The translations under genes were made by a program, and so were the position numbers. Below, one piece after another: positions 13,258 to 24,955 of a stretch of 64,000 bases of DNA (the stretch's first letter is position 1; each line of letters opens with the position of its first letter). Origin of the DNA: Ruditapes philippinarum (Eukaryota); contig NW_026853829.1 in assembly GCF_026571515.1 (NCBI RefSeq), positions 248,001-312,000 on the forward strand, read 5' to 3'. Under the pieces are notes generated by a model. That model had not been told where the DNA came from. It was given only the letters and a program-made list of their open reading frames with translations, and did not search any database.

Positions 13258-13994
13258 GTTGATACCTATGTCAAAATTAATTTTAGACAGTTATTTCATA
13301 TATAAACCAGCACAAGTTATGATAGTGAAGTTATTGAACAATTTTTATCTACTATGTAAAATGATCTTAATTTAAGAATAGTCATAGTTTTTGATCTATT
13401 TCTATTTCAGATAAGAAGTGAATACATGTAGATTGTATCGTATGTTAATTTACAGAACAAAAGTACATATACATATATAAAGGGACACGATTAATGAAAG
13501 TCAGAAACTGTTTTGTGTAACGGCCCTGTATATTGTTGGATATTATAAAAGCTTAATATAACGTCGAAATAGAAGTGAATATTGAAAGGCTTTAGGCTCA
13601 AATGTTCCCTACCTATGCATTAGATTCAAAACGACACGTCTAAACACCAACAATAAGTTCAAATTCCATGGATGTGGAGCACCAGGTTGTCTTCATTTCG
13701 AAAATGACGAAATGACTTTGACTGGACGAACCATGTATTTTTTAAAATTTATTTCGTCTTCTGCTTATGTTTACATTAGATACATACATGAATATCAACG
13801 TAATGATATAGTAACAAAAGGCCATTATGGTCTTGGATCACCAACCTGAGAGAAGAAAAAATATGTATTGGCAGTATGTCGTCAATTGTCACGAAATCAA
13901 AGGCCTGAAGGGCCATAATGGCTTACGGGTTTGATATGACTATTAAGTTGAAGGAAACAAAGGCAGTCGGTGCGTGGCTTGGATAGTATACATT

Positions 13995-15423
13995 TACATG
14001 ACGCATGGCGATATATTTTAATCTGTCTGTCTGTGCGTCCCATCTTCTTTCGTGTCCGTTTTGTAACTTTGTGATACATTGAGGGATTTTGAAATAGCTT
14101 GGTATGAATATCTACCACATCAAGACGATGTGACGCGTTTACAAAATCACGTCCCTACCTCAAAGGTCAAGGTCACACTAACATTTTGAAGTTTCACATT
14201 ATCACAATTAAAGTTAATAGGTTCACATAATCGTGTTCGGACTGTAACCTTGCCATGCATCGAAATTTTTTTAACTAACTTGGTATAAATGTCTACATCA
14301 TGAAGTCGTTGTGTCGCGCCTAAAACACGTCTCTTCCAAAAATTCAAGGTCATACTAACTTTTTGAAGTTTCACGTTATCACAATAAGAGATTATAGGTA
14401 CAAACATTCGTGTCCGGACTGTCATGCATCGAAATATTTTAAAATAACTTAGCATAAATGTCTACCACATTGAGACGACATGTCGCGTGCAAAACCCATG
14501 TTCCTATCTCCAAGGTCGAGGTCACGCTTATAGTTTGAAGAAACTCATTCTCTCGAAAGAGTTTGATGATACACAGTCATGTCCGGACTGTAACTTCGTC
14601 ATGCATTGAATGGTTTTAAAATAGCTTGGCAAAAATGTTTTCCACATCAAGGCGATGTGTCGCGGCTAAGGCTCGTGTCCGTATATCCGTCCGTGCGTCC
14701 CCACTTACACAACAATCGTTTATTGACGGATTTTTAAATAGCTTGGTACAAGTGTCTACCACATCCAATTTGTCGCGGCTAAGGCCCATATCACTACCTA
14801 AAAGGTCAAGGTCACACTAAGAGGTTGAAAAGGTAATATTTGTTTCCAAACTGTAGCTTTTTCATGCATTGAAGGATTTTAAAATTACTTGGCACAAAAG
14901 TCAAACACATCATGGTGATGTGTTTCATTTAAAATTCATGTCAGTTAGTCAAAGGTCAAGGTCACACTTACATGTTAAAGGTTTTATATTCTCACGTATA
15001 TTTTAAAGGTACACACATTTGTGACTGGACTGTAACTTTTTTATGCATTGAAGAGTTTTAAATAACTTGTTTACCACATCAATATTACGTGTTATGGGTA
15101 AGGCCCAAGGTCCTACCTTCAAGGTCAAGGCCACTATAAAAGTTTGGAGGTTTTAATGCTCATAAGAAGAGTTTGAAGGTACACATTATTTTTCAAACTG
15201 TAGCATTGAAGGATTCTAAAATAACTTGGCATATATGTCTACCACATCAAGATGATGTGTCGCGTCCAAAAATCATGTCCCAAGGTGGTAAGTTTGCTAC
15301 AAATAGCTATTTATTTCACAAGAACATTATTAAACAATTAGTTACTTACATTCTGTTCTCTTCATAATACCTTTCTGTAATGCTTTTTGGGCAATTCGTC
15401 ACTTTTGCGTGACAGCTCTTTTT
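13995..15423 (-). mobile_element. Degenerate HINE-type element(s) with ~170-180-bp tandem core
   Basis: CTGT/CGTC microsatellite near 14024 and recurrent AAGGTCAAGGTCAC...TCCGGACTGTAAC...TCTACCACATCAAG units. Same family as 28229-28841 in the opposite orientation. Confidence 0.7.
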
Positions 15424-15590
15424 TCATCGAGATATTATGTTACTTTTACAGATACAAAATGACAAAAGAACAGAGACGGAACAAATGAGAGAATATTGTA
15501 AACGTCTACAACAAAACCCTGAAAAATATGACCCTTACTTTAAAAAGACAAAAGCAAAGGAAATCAAGAAATTTAAATTCCTTTTAATCA

Positions 15591-18071
15591 CACGGGGGGG
15601 GGGGAATCACGTGACTTTGTATAGTAATACCCACGAGAAAATGGCGACTGCTGAGCCCCGGTAAGTACCTTATTATGTTAAATTAAGGTGGCAAACGTTT
15701 CTTAAATCAAAACAAAACCTAGTATATCATATGCGCGTTAATTTTCTTCAAATGACAATACAAAGTGCATTATCCTACGTTTTGTGGTTTTTGAGAACAT
15801 TGTTTGAATTGTGTGAAAATTGCACATTCAGCGATAGTAATTCGCACGAAGCGATATAATTTGGTACCAAAATAAAAGAAAATAAGCTTACTTTCTGCAC
15901 TTAAGACACAAAATCAATCATTTTATTGACATCTGTTATCGTAGTCCATATAAAATATATTTTCGAAGGTCTGTAGCCTACAAATGTTCTTTGCAAGTGT
16001 ATAGTAAGTCAAACGAACAATTTCTGGATAGTAAGTCGCACGAAAACAAAATAGTAAGTTTCACGCACAGTTTCCATTAGCATACATATGCATTAAAAGA
16101 AAGTTAAAGTCCATATGTAAAGAGATAGAAAATACTTATTTCAATTATTCAAGATCAAATGTTTCACTTTTTGTCTATAGAACGAATGCTTAATTGGTTG
16201 TAATCATACTATATCAAATGAACTTTTGATGAGATTTGATATTACACGGCTCAGTGTTATTTTTCTGTTGCGATAGTAGTTCTTTGACCTCTGCAGTTTC
16301 AGGTGTGACTTGGTCCTCATTTTACTGTAATTAGAAAGAAGAAACAACAAAAAACAACAATGATACAGTGATACAAGTTATGATTAAGGCACATTGTGCC
16401 TCAGAAATCCATATTGTTTTGATTCTTTAGAAATGTCAAACATGTGTTTCATAATGTTTAAATAATGGATAAAACGCATGATAAAATTTTTATTACACCT
16501 GAAAAAGGTAGCGCTGATTATTCAGTGATGTGTCGTTAAGGTAGCAAAATGTAAACAAAGTAGTATTTTGACTTCCATACGAAATACTTATTCACTAAAG
16601 ATATACCATTTTCCAACAGAACCAAAGATGCAAAAGGTAGTTTGAGTATCTAGCAAATGAGTATGTTTTCGGAAACTGTAACAAGATACCAAAAAATAAA
16701 CAGGTTTTTTTTAAAAAATAAAAATGATAGCATTTAAGAGGCATAATTGACCTTTAAAGAAAAACGAATATTTGAAATTAAACGGTCAAAGATATTTACA
16801 CTTTTTAAAGTGAAGGCAAATGGAGTGAAAAATAATATTTACATAAAACAATCTTAGATGCTGGGTTTCAAATCACACCGTCAATGTCGGGACACCCGAG
16901 TTAAAGCACCGACGTTTTGTTAGCTAGTTTGATGAAATAATTCAAGGACTCTGGTCGGACTAGAATCCATAGCGGTGAGAAGCATGTGTATTAAAATCAG
17001 GGACATTAAACACTCGGCCATGGACGCCCTGAATATCTTATTTACTAACTCTATCACAAACAAAAAGTAAGAGTTTACGACGCAACACATTTGCACATGG
17101 TAAGAAAATAAGCGTATGGTTTAACAAAACTTCTTGGGTTTATTTATAAAATCTGCCAGTGTATAAAAGAATAAATTTAATAAAAACTTGGTATACCAGT
17201 TCTATGATGGCATTAAATATCAATGTGATATGGCGGAGTTCTTCTCCTTTGCGTTTTTGGTCAAAAATGCAGATACTGAAAAGCAAATGATGGTGTTGTA
17301 ATATTTCCTTCTGTACAGTTATTTCTTTATATAGCTAGTTCTAAAGATAACGGATGTGGGTTCAGTCAAACGTGAAAAAGGGCCAAGTGTAACGTACATT
17401 GTTGAGTACCAATGTCAATGTCTCATTTAGTTTTTTTTTTAAGTTAAGTGCCATGTTTTATGAAATAATATAAATTATTATTAAATACTCTCTCGATATT
17501 TTGTTTCTCTGTCACCGTAGACGGAACACACTTGCAAATTTGAAACCAAATAATTATAAAATAGTTTCGTCACATTTTAGTAAGCTATTGGAAACTGTGC
17601 GTGAAACTTACTATTTTGTTTTCGTGTAACTTACTATCCAGAAATTGTTCGTTTTACTTACTATACACTTGCAAAGAACATTTGTAGGCTACAGACCTTC
17701 GAACAAAATTTTATATGGAATTCTACAAGAACAGATGTCTATAAAATAATTGATTTTGTGTCTTAAATGCAAAAAGAATGCTTATTTTCCTTTATTTTGG
17801 TACCAAATTATATCGCTTCGTGCGAATTACTATCGCTGAATGTGCAATTTTCACACAATTCAAACAATGTTCCAAAAACCACAAAACGTAAGATAATGCA
17901 CTTTGTATTGTCATTTGAAGAAAATTAACGCGCATATGATATACCAGGTTTTGTTTTGATTTAAGAAACGTTTGTCACCTTAATTTAACATAATAAGGTA
18001 CTTACCGGGGCTCAGCAGTCGCCATTTTCTCGTGGGTATTACTATACAAAGTCACGTGATTCCCCCCCGTG
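15591..18071. mobile_element. Non-autonomous DNA transposon with ~490-bp TIRs, CAC...GTG ends and 5-bp TSD (Transib-like end signature)
   Basis: 15591-16081 is the reverse complement of 17584-18071. AATCA is duplicated at 15586-15590 and 18072-18076. No internal ORF. Confidence 0.88.
16946..17030 (-). repeat. tRNA-derived SINE head fragment (second copy ~25035-25110, + strand)
   Basis: Minus strand GGGCGTCCATGGCCGAGTGTTTAATGTC... carries an A box TGGCCGAGT and a decayed B box; it matches GGGACGTCCGTGGCCGAGTCATTAAGGTC at 25035. Confidence 0.65.
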
Positions 18072-18689
18072 AATCAATTTAGCAGAACAGAAAAAACGAA
18101 AAGACGAGAGAAAACTAAAGAATATGTAAGTAACCATCGTATTAAGGGGCAACGCCAAGCTGAAGTAGGACGGGAAATTCATGATAAAGCAATGGAAACA
18201 AGTTGTTATGAAACATATAGTAGTATACCAACACCTTTATTAGAAAACGTGATATTTCCAAATACATTGTAGGAGAAATTGACCCAGGAAACGCATAGCA
18301 TAAGCAAAGCGTTAGCCAAGAGAACACGAGAATTCAAAGATCTTTAGTTGTAGTGTGTACATTTAGAACAAAACTGAAATGAAACCAAAGAATACTGCAA
18401 CGATATAGAAATATACAAAACAGTAAACCATAATAATGCTCACTAGCGTTGCATGTTCGAAAAATCTTCTGAAAATAAAGTGTCAAGCGCCAGTGAAGGC
18501 GATCATGCGCTCTTAAATTCTGAAACAGTTTCTGCAAGATCTAATAGAAAATATAAAGAAAGCAAAATAATTGAACAACACCAAGAAGCCACTGATAATG
18601 GTACTTGTAGTCACCCAACCGACTCATAATAATAAAAAATCAAAGAAACGCCTTAAATTGACAAGCAAAGACTGAGCTCTCAAACAGTA

Positions 18690-20916
18690 AACAAGAGGGC
18701 CATGATGGCCCTAGATCGCTCACCTGACCCATCAAACTCATCCAAACAATTACCTAGACAAGCATTCTGACCAAGTCTCATGACAGGTGAGTCAAAAATG
18801 TGACCACTACAGTGTTAACAAGGATTAACCATATTTGAGCAGTGTGACCTAGTTTTTTACCCAGGTGACCCATATTCAAACTTGACCTAGAAATCATCAA
18901 AACGAACTTTCAGACCAATTTCCAGGATATTTGGATCAAAACAGTAGCAACTAGAGTGTTAACAAGATTTTTCTATTCTTTGCTCCGGTGACCTAGTTTC
19001 ACATGCGATTTCGAACTCATCCGAGCAATTACATAGACAAGCATCCTGACCAAGTTTGATGATAATTGAGTCGAAAATGTGACCACTAGAATTTTAACAA
19101 GGTTTTTCCATATTTGGGCGGTGTGCCCTAGTTTTCATCCAAGATGACCCATGTTCGAACTTGACTTAGAAATCATCAAAACCAACTTTCAGACCAATTT
19201 ACAGGATATTTGGATCAAAACAGTAGCCACTAGAGTGTTAACAATATTTTTCTATTTTTAGCTCCTGTGACCTAGTTTTTCATCCGAGATGACCAATGTT
19301 CGAACTCATTCAAGCTATCACCTAGACAAACATCCTGACCAAGTTTGATGATGATTGAGGCAAAAATGTGACCGCTGGAGTGTTAACAATGTTTTTCTAT
19401 TTTTAGCTCCGGTGACCTAGTTTTTCATCTGAAATGATCCATGTTCGAACTCATGCAAGCTATCACCTAGACAAGCATCCTGACCAAGTTTGATGATGAT
19501 TGAGGCAAAAATGTGACCGCTAGAGTGTTAACAAAGTTTTTCTATTTTTAGCTCCGGTGACCTACTTTTCATCCGAGATGACCCATGTTCGAACTCATCC
19601 GAGCTATCACCTAGACAAGCATCCTGACCAAGTTTGATGATAATTGAGGCAAAAATGTGACCACAAGAGTGTTAACAAGGTTTTTCTATTTTTAGCTCCG
19701 GTGACCTAGTTTTTCATCCAGGATTACGCATGTTCAAACTCATCCAAGCTATCACCTAGACAAGCATCTTGACCAAGTTTGATGATGATTGATGCAAAAA
19801 TGTGACCGCTAGAGTGTTAACAAGGTTTTTCTATTATTAGCTCCAGTGACCTACTTTTTCATCCGAGATGACCCATGTTCGAACTCATCCGAGCTATCAC
19901 CTAGACAAGCATCCTGACAAAGTTTGATGATGATTGATGCAAAAATGTGACCGCTAGAGTGTTAACAAGGTTTTTCTATTTTTAGCTCTTGTGACCTAGT
20001 TTTTCATCCGAGATGACCCATGTTCGAACTCATCCAAGCTATCACCTAGACAAACATCCTGACTAAGTTTGATGATGATTGAGGCAAAATTGTGACCTCT
20101 AGAGTGTTAACAAGGTTTTTCTATTTTTAGCTCTTGTGACCTACTTTTTCATCCGAGATGACCCATGTTCGAACTCATTCGAGCTATCAACTAGATAAGC
20201 ATCCTGACCAAGTTTGATGATGATTGAGGCAAAAATGTGACCGCTGGAATGTTAACAAGGTTTTTCTATTTTTAGCTCCAGTGACCTAGTTTTTCATCCG
20301 AGATGACCCATGTTCGAACTCATCCGAGCTATCACCTAGACAAGCTTCCTGACAAAGTTTGATGATGATTGATGCAATAATGTGACCGCTAGAGTGTTAA
20401 CAAGGTTTTTCTATTTTTAGCTCTTGTGACCTAGTTTTTCATCCGAGATGACCCATGTTCGAACTCATCCAAGCTATCACCTAGACAAACATCCTGACTA
20501 AGTTTGATGATGATTGAGGCAAAATTGTGACCTCTAGAGTGTTAACAAGGTTTTTCTATTTTTAGCTCTTGTGACCTACTTTTTCATCCGAGATGACCCA
20601 TGTTCGAACCCATCCGAGCTATCACCTAGACAAACATCCTGACCAAGTTTGATGATGATTGAGGCAAAAATGTGACCTCTAGAGTGTTAACAAGGGTTTT
20701 CTATTTTTAGCTCTTGTGACCTAGTTTTTCATCCGAGATGACCCATGTTCGAACTCATCCGAGCTATCAACTAGATAAGCATCCTGACCAAGTTTAATGA
20801 TGATTGAGGCAGAAATGCGACCGCTAGAGTGTTAACAACAAAATGTGAACGGACGACGGACGACGGACACTCATCGATCCTAAAAGCTCACCCTGAGCAT
20901 GCTCAGGTGAGCTAAA
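18690..20916 (+). mobile_element. HINE/pearl-like element with ~14 x 145-bp tandem core
   Basis: 5' AACAAGAGGGCCATGATGGCCCT hairpin + GCTCACCTGA. 3' GGACGAC microsatellite and hairpin AGCTCACCCTGAGCATGCTCAGGTGAGCT. GAACTCATCC anchors at 19591 and 19881 give 2 x 145 bp. Confidence 0.88.
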
Positions 20917-21568
20917 ACAAACAAATGTTGGAAAAAGCAGACTTAAATAAGAAACAGATAAACTTAGAAAACTCCTCTTACTTGGAAACGTACTTACTTA
21001 CTTTGGAAATCCAAATAAAAAATTGTCGTCGCATAATGAAACAGAAAGACTTATGCTTGCTTCGTGAATTGCAAAGATACTTAGTAAATACAGGTTAGGG
21101 TAAGAATTCAACAAAAGTTAAGGCAATGAACACAATTACTATTCAACACCCGTTTACTATATAATTATTTTATATATGTCGGATTGTCCCGTTGTCACAT
21201 TATTTTCCAGATGAAGCCCACCAAACTCGATTAAATGCACATTCTAGAGTCCTACACGACCTCAAGCCGACCCTACACAATTTTTTACAACTTGTACAAT
21301 CCGACCACATCCAGACTTGTCCTCTTCTATCAACCACGCCTATACACGATCTCAACTAGACTCACTGGTCCTCTGCCCGATCGTTTCCAAATTTCCACCC
21401 AACGAGATCGTAATGATCGTAATTGAGTCGTGAATGGTCGTATATCGTATAGTAATATATCTTCAAACATTACTGGTTCAAATTAGTTCATGATTGAGAA
21501 TGAGCAGTTGCAGTTTTGTTCTCGATGGTTAGAGCTTCAGAGGATCAGGGCTATGGCTGTACTACTAA

Positions 21569-22680
21569 AATAGAGAAAACCAGAATCCCTAAAGAATGTT
21601 CAACACAACTAAATTGAAAATGTTGCAGGCTCGGTTTGATTGAGCCTGTTCATGGACGGTACTGGAAAGTGCAAGTTACCGTCCACGCCCCCTACCACCG
21701 GATTAAGCAGAATTCAACATTTAACACGAAAATGGTGAAATTTTGAATTAAGAAACGTCCGCAGATGTTTTCATCTCTTACTTCATGATGTATTTTGCCT
21801 TTTTAGGCATTTTTGTTGCCAGAATTTGTTTGTTATATCTTCAAATTTGTAACAACTATAAAATAGATAAATACAGAATCCCTAAAGAAAGCCCAACACG
21901 GCAAAGTTGAAAATGTTGCAGGCTCGGTTTGATTGAGCCTGTTCATGGACGGTACTGGAAAGTGCAAACTACCGTCCACGCCCCCTAGCACCGGCTTAAG
22001 CAGAATTCAACATTTAAACATGTAATAGTAAAATTTAGAATTTAGAAACATCCGCAGATGTGTTCATACGGCGGTTATCATGGAACCTTCAATGTGACAC
22101 TTCCGTGCCATACCATGAAAAGCGGCGTATGGTCCCCAAGTAATAAAAAGCGTGTGCCCTAAACGAGTAAACAATGGGCGGAACTAAATAAAATGGAATT
22201 TTGAAAGGGGATCAGAGGTTATGAAGCCTGCGTATCACAGATAAAATAGATAAATACAGAATCCCTAAAGAAAGCCCAACACGGCAAAATTGAAAATGTT
22301 GCAGGCTCGGTTTGATTGAGCCTGTTCATGGGCGGTACTGGAAAGTGCAAGTTACCGTCCACGCCCCCTAGCACCGGCTTAAGCAGAATTCAACATTTAA
22401 CATGAACTGGTAAAATTGAGAATTTTGAAACATCCGCAGATGTGTTCATATGGCGGTTATCATGGAACCTTCAATGTGACACGTTAGTGCCATTCCATGA
22501 AAAGCGGCATATGGTCCCCAAGTAAAAAAATGCGTGTGCCCTAAACGAGAAAACAATGGGCGGAACTAAATAAAATGGAATTTTGAAAGGGGATCTGAGG
22601 TTATGAAGCCTGCGTATCACAGATACGACGTCAAAAGACAAATTTAAAAAGCAGGCAACATATCCTAAGGGTGATTCAAT
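21569..22680 (-). repeat. Family A structured repeat: three head-to-tail 5'-truncated copies (21569-21770, 21862-22243, 22245-22680)
   Basis: Each copy begins on + with AATAGA(T/G)AAA..CAGAATCCCTAAAGAA (the common 3' end of the minus-strand unit) and extends for a different length. Confidence 0.85.
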
Positions 22681-23361
22681 AAGACATCAACAATAATTTT
22701 ATTTTGATTTATTGTTTTGGTCTTGTAAACTCTTGTATGTGCGCATGATCAAATTCAATTAGACCAATCTTATTTTATTTTATGCTTTTGAGTGGATTAC
22801 TGATTTATCCGTAAAATAATATCTGATAATTTCACAGTGAAAATTATCATAATATAATCTCATACTTTTCAATGACGAGACTATTTTTAAAGATTTTCCC
22901 CATGTGGTACCTCATATTTATTTTTTGCTGACAATTCCGACATTGTCAGTGCTGTGTAGAGAAAAGCAAAGCTGAAATTGATACATAACTTAAATTTCAA
23001 AAGAAGTAAAAAACAAAACTTACTTCAATTCATTCAAATTTCCTATCACCAAATAATTATCATCTTTTTGTTTCATTTTTACGGTATGAAAATACACTTC
23101 CTTCTACATGCGCATTCTGGTGGCATTTCGCTGCATCATTTATGAACATCAATAAAAAGAACTAGAATTCTACAGCTTACCTAAGTCAAACGAATATCAA
23201 TATTATATCGATGTTTTTCTGTTTCACGGTAGTTTTTGACTTGTAGTAATTTTGGAGTCTGATACCTGCGTTGTACACGCGATCTGATTGGATGTCCAAT
23301 ACATACAGGATACTAGAATAAATTTAATACACCAGCTAAGCAGACGCATATGTATACACAA

Positions 23362-24328
23362 AATAGATAAATACAGAGTCCCTAAAGAAAGCTCAACACG
23401 GCAAAATTGAAAATGTTGCAGGCTCGGTTTGATTGAGCCTGTTCATGGACGGTACTGGAAAGTGCAAGTTACCGTCCACGCCCCCTAGCACCGGCTTAAG
23501 CAGAATTAAACATTTAAACGTGAAATAGTAAAATTTTGAATTTAGAAACATCCGCAGATGTGTTCATACGGCGGTTATCATGGAACCTTCAATGTGACAC
23601 GTCCGTGCCATTCCATGAAAAGCGGCGTATGGTCCCCAAGTAATAAAAAGCGTGTGCCCTAAACGAGAAAACAATGGGCGGAACTAAATAAAATGGAATT
23701 TTGAAAGGGGATCAGAGGTTACAAGGTTTGTTTGTGCCGTGTGGAGGCTGTAAAAAGTCGCCCCGTACATTCAATCAGAGATGTTATATTTCCGATCCTT
23801 AAAGATCGTTCAGCACGACATTATTGTTGTGCTTGTGGTATTTTTAGTTTTAACTTTTCGGCATTTTCTAGTTTGGTGGTTCCAATATTCTTACTTGAAT
23901 AATGTTCAATCACCCTTAGGATATGTTGCCTGCTTTTTAACTTTGTCTTTTGACATCTTATCTGATATGCAGGCTTCATAACCTTTCAAAATTCCATTTT
24001 ATTTAGTTCCGCCCATTGTTTTCTCGTTTAGGGCACACGCTTTCTATTACATGGGGACCATACGCCGCTTTTCATGGAATGGCACGGAAGTGTCACGTTG
24101 AAGGTTCCATGATAACCGCCGTATGAACACATCTGCGGATGTTTCTAAATTCAAAATTTTACCATCTCATGTTTAAATGTTGAATTCTGCTTAAGCCGGT
24201 GCTAGGGGGCGTGGACGGTAGTTTGCACTTTACAGTACCGTCCATGAACAGGCTCAATCAAACCGAGCCTGCAACATTTTCAATTATGTTGTGTTGGACT
24301 TTCTTTAGGGATTCTTATTTTCTCTATT
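23362..24328. repeat. Family A inverted pair: antisense copy 23362-23720 fused to longest sense copy 23721-24328
   Basis: The outer ends are reverse complements (AATAGATAAA... / ...TTTCTCTATT) and 23980-24328 mirrors 23362-23720. Confidence 0.88.
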
Positions 24329-24474
24329 CTACAGTGGCTTCAACAAAAAAATGCGCTTTTCTTCTGCAAATGTGAATAAAATATAGCACTAATTTTTCTC
24401 TCCAACAAAAGGGGTCCTTCGTGTACTCTACTTTCAGTCGACAAAATGTCATACATTTTCTAAAATCCTGTTAA

Positions 24475-24955
24475 AATATGATAAACAAGATCAACAAGGA
24501 AAGGCGGCGTTCAATGAACGCAACCCCCACATGACCCAGCAACATTGGAAATTATTTTCTATAATGATGAGCCACAACTTTAAGAAAAATTGGGTCATGT
24601 TTACACCGCTAATCAAGTAAAGGAAAAATTATCTGATTGTATACTAGACATATGATTGTTGTGCAAGTCAAAACTCTCAAAAGCTTAACTAGGAATAAAA
24701 CTTTAAGTGTATCAGTCCATCTGCGCGTGTTTCTAAATATTTCATGTAAAATGTTGAATTTTGCTTAAGCTAGTGATAGGGGGCGTCGACTTTAGCTTAC
24801 ACTGCGTTCATTGAATGCCGCCTTTCCTTGTCGATCTTGTTTATCATATTTTACACTTCCGAGTACCGTTTATGAACAGGCTCAATCAAACCAAACCTGC
24901 GACATTTTAAATTTTGCCGTTTTGGGCGTTCTTTAGGGATTCTTTATTGCTCGAT
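24475..24955. repeat. Family C copies (24475-24543 minus; 24804-24850 plus) and a decayed family A copy (24715-24955) interrupted by family C
   Basis: Motif GTTGCGTTCATTGAACGCCGCCTTTCCTTGTTGATCTTGTTTATCATATT; TTACACT is duplicated at 24797-24803 and 24851-24857. Confidence 0.8.

Noticed and set aside
21915-22015. Twister-sister, twister, pistol or hammerhead assignment for the family A/B core
   Set aside because: GTGCAAG and the GCTCA/GCTAGG-like words fall on opposite strands, and there is no CTGANGA...GAAA core; the similarity is superficial.
24196-24214. CTCF site (GTGCTAGGGGGCG)
   Set aside because: Only a partial match, and the conservation is better explained by the surrounding covarying structure.
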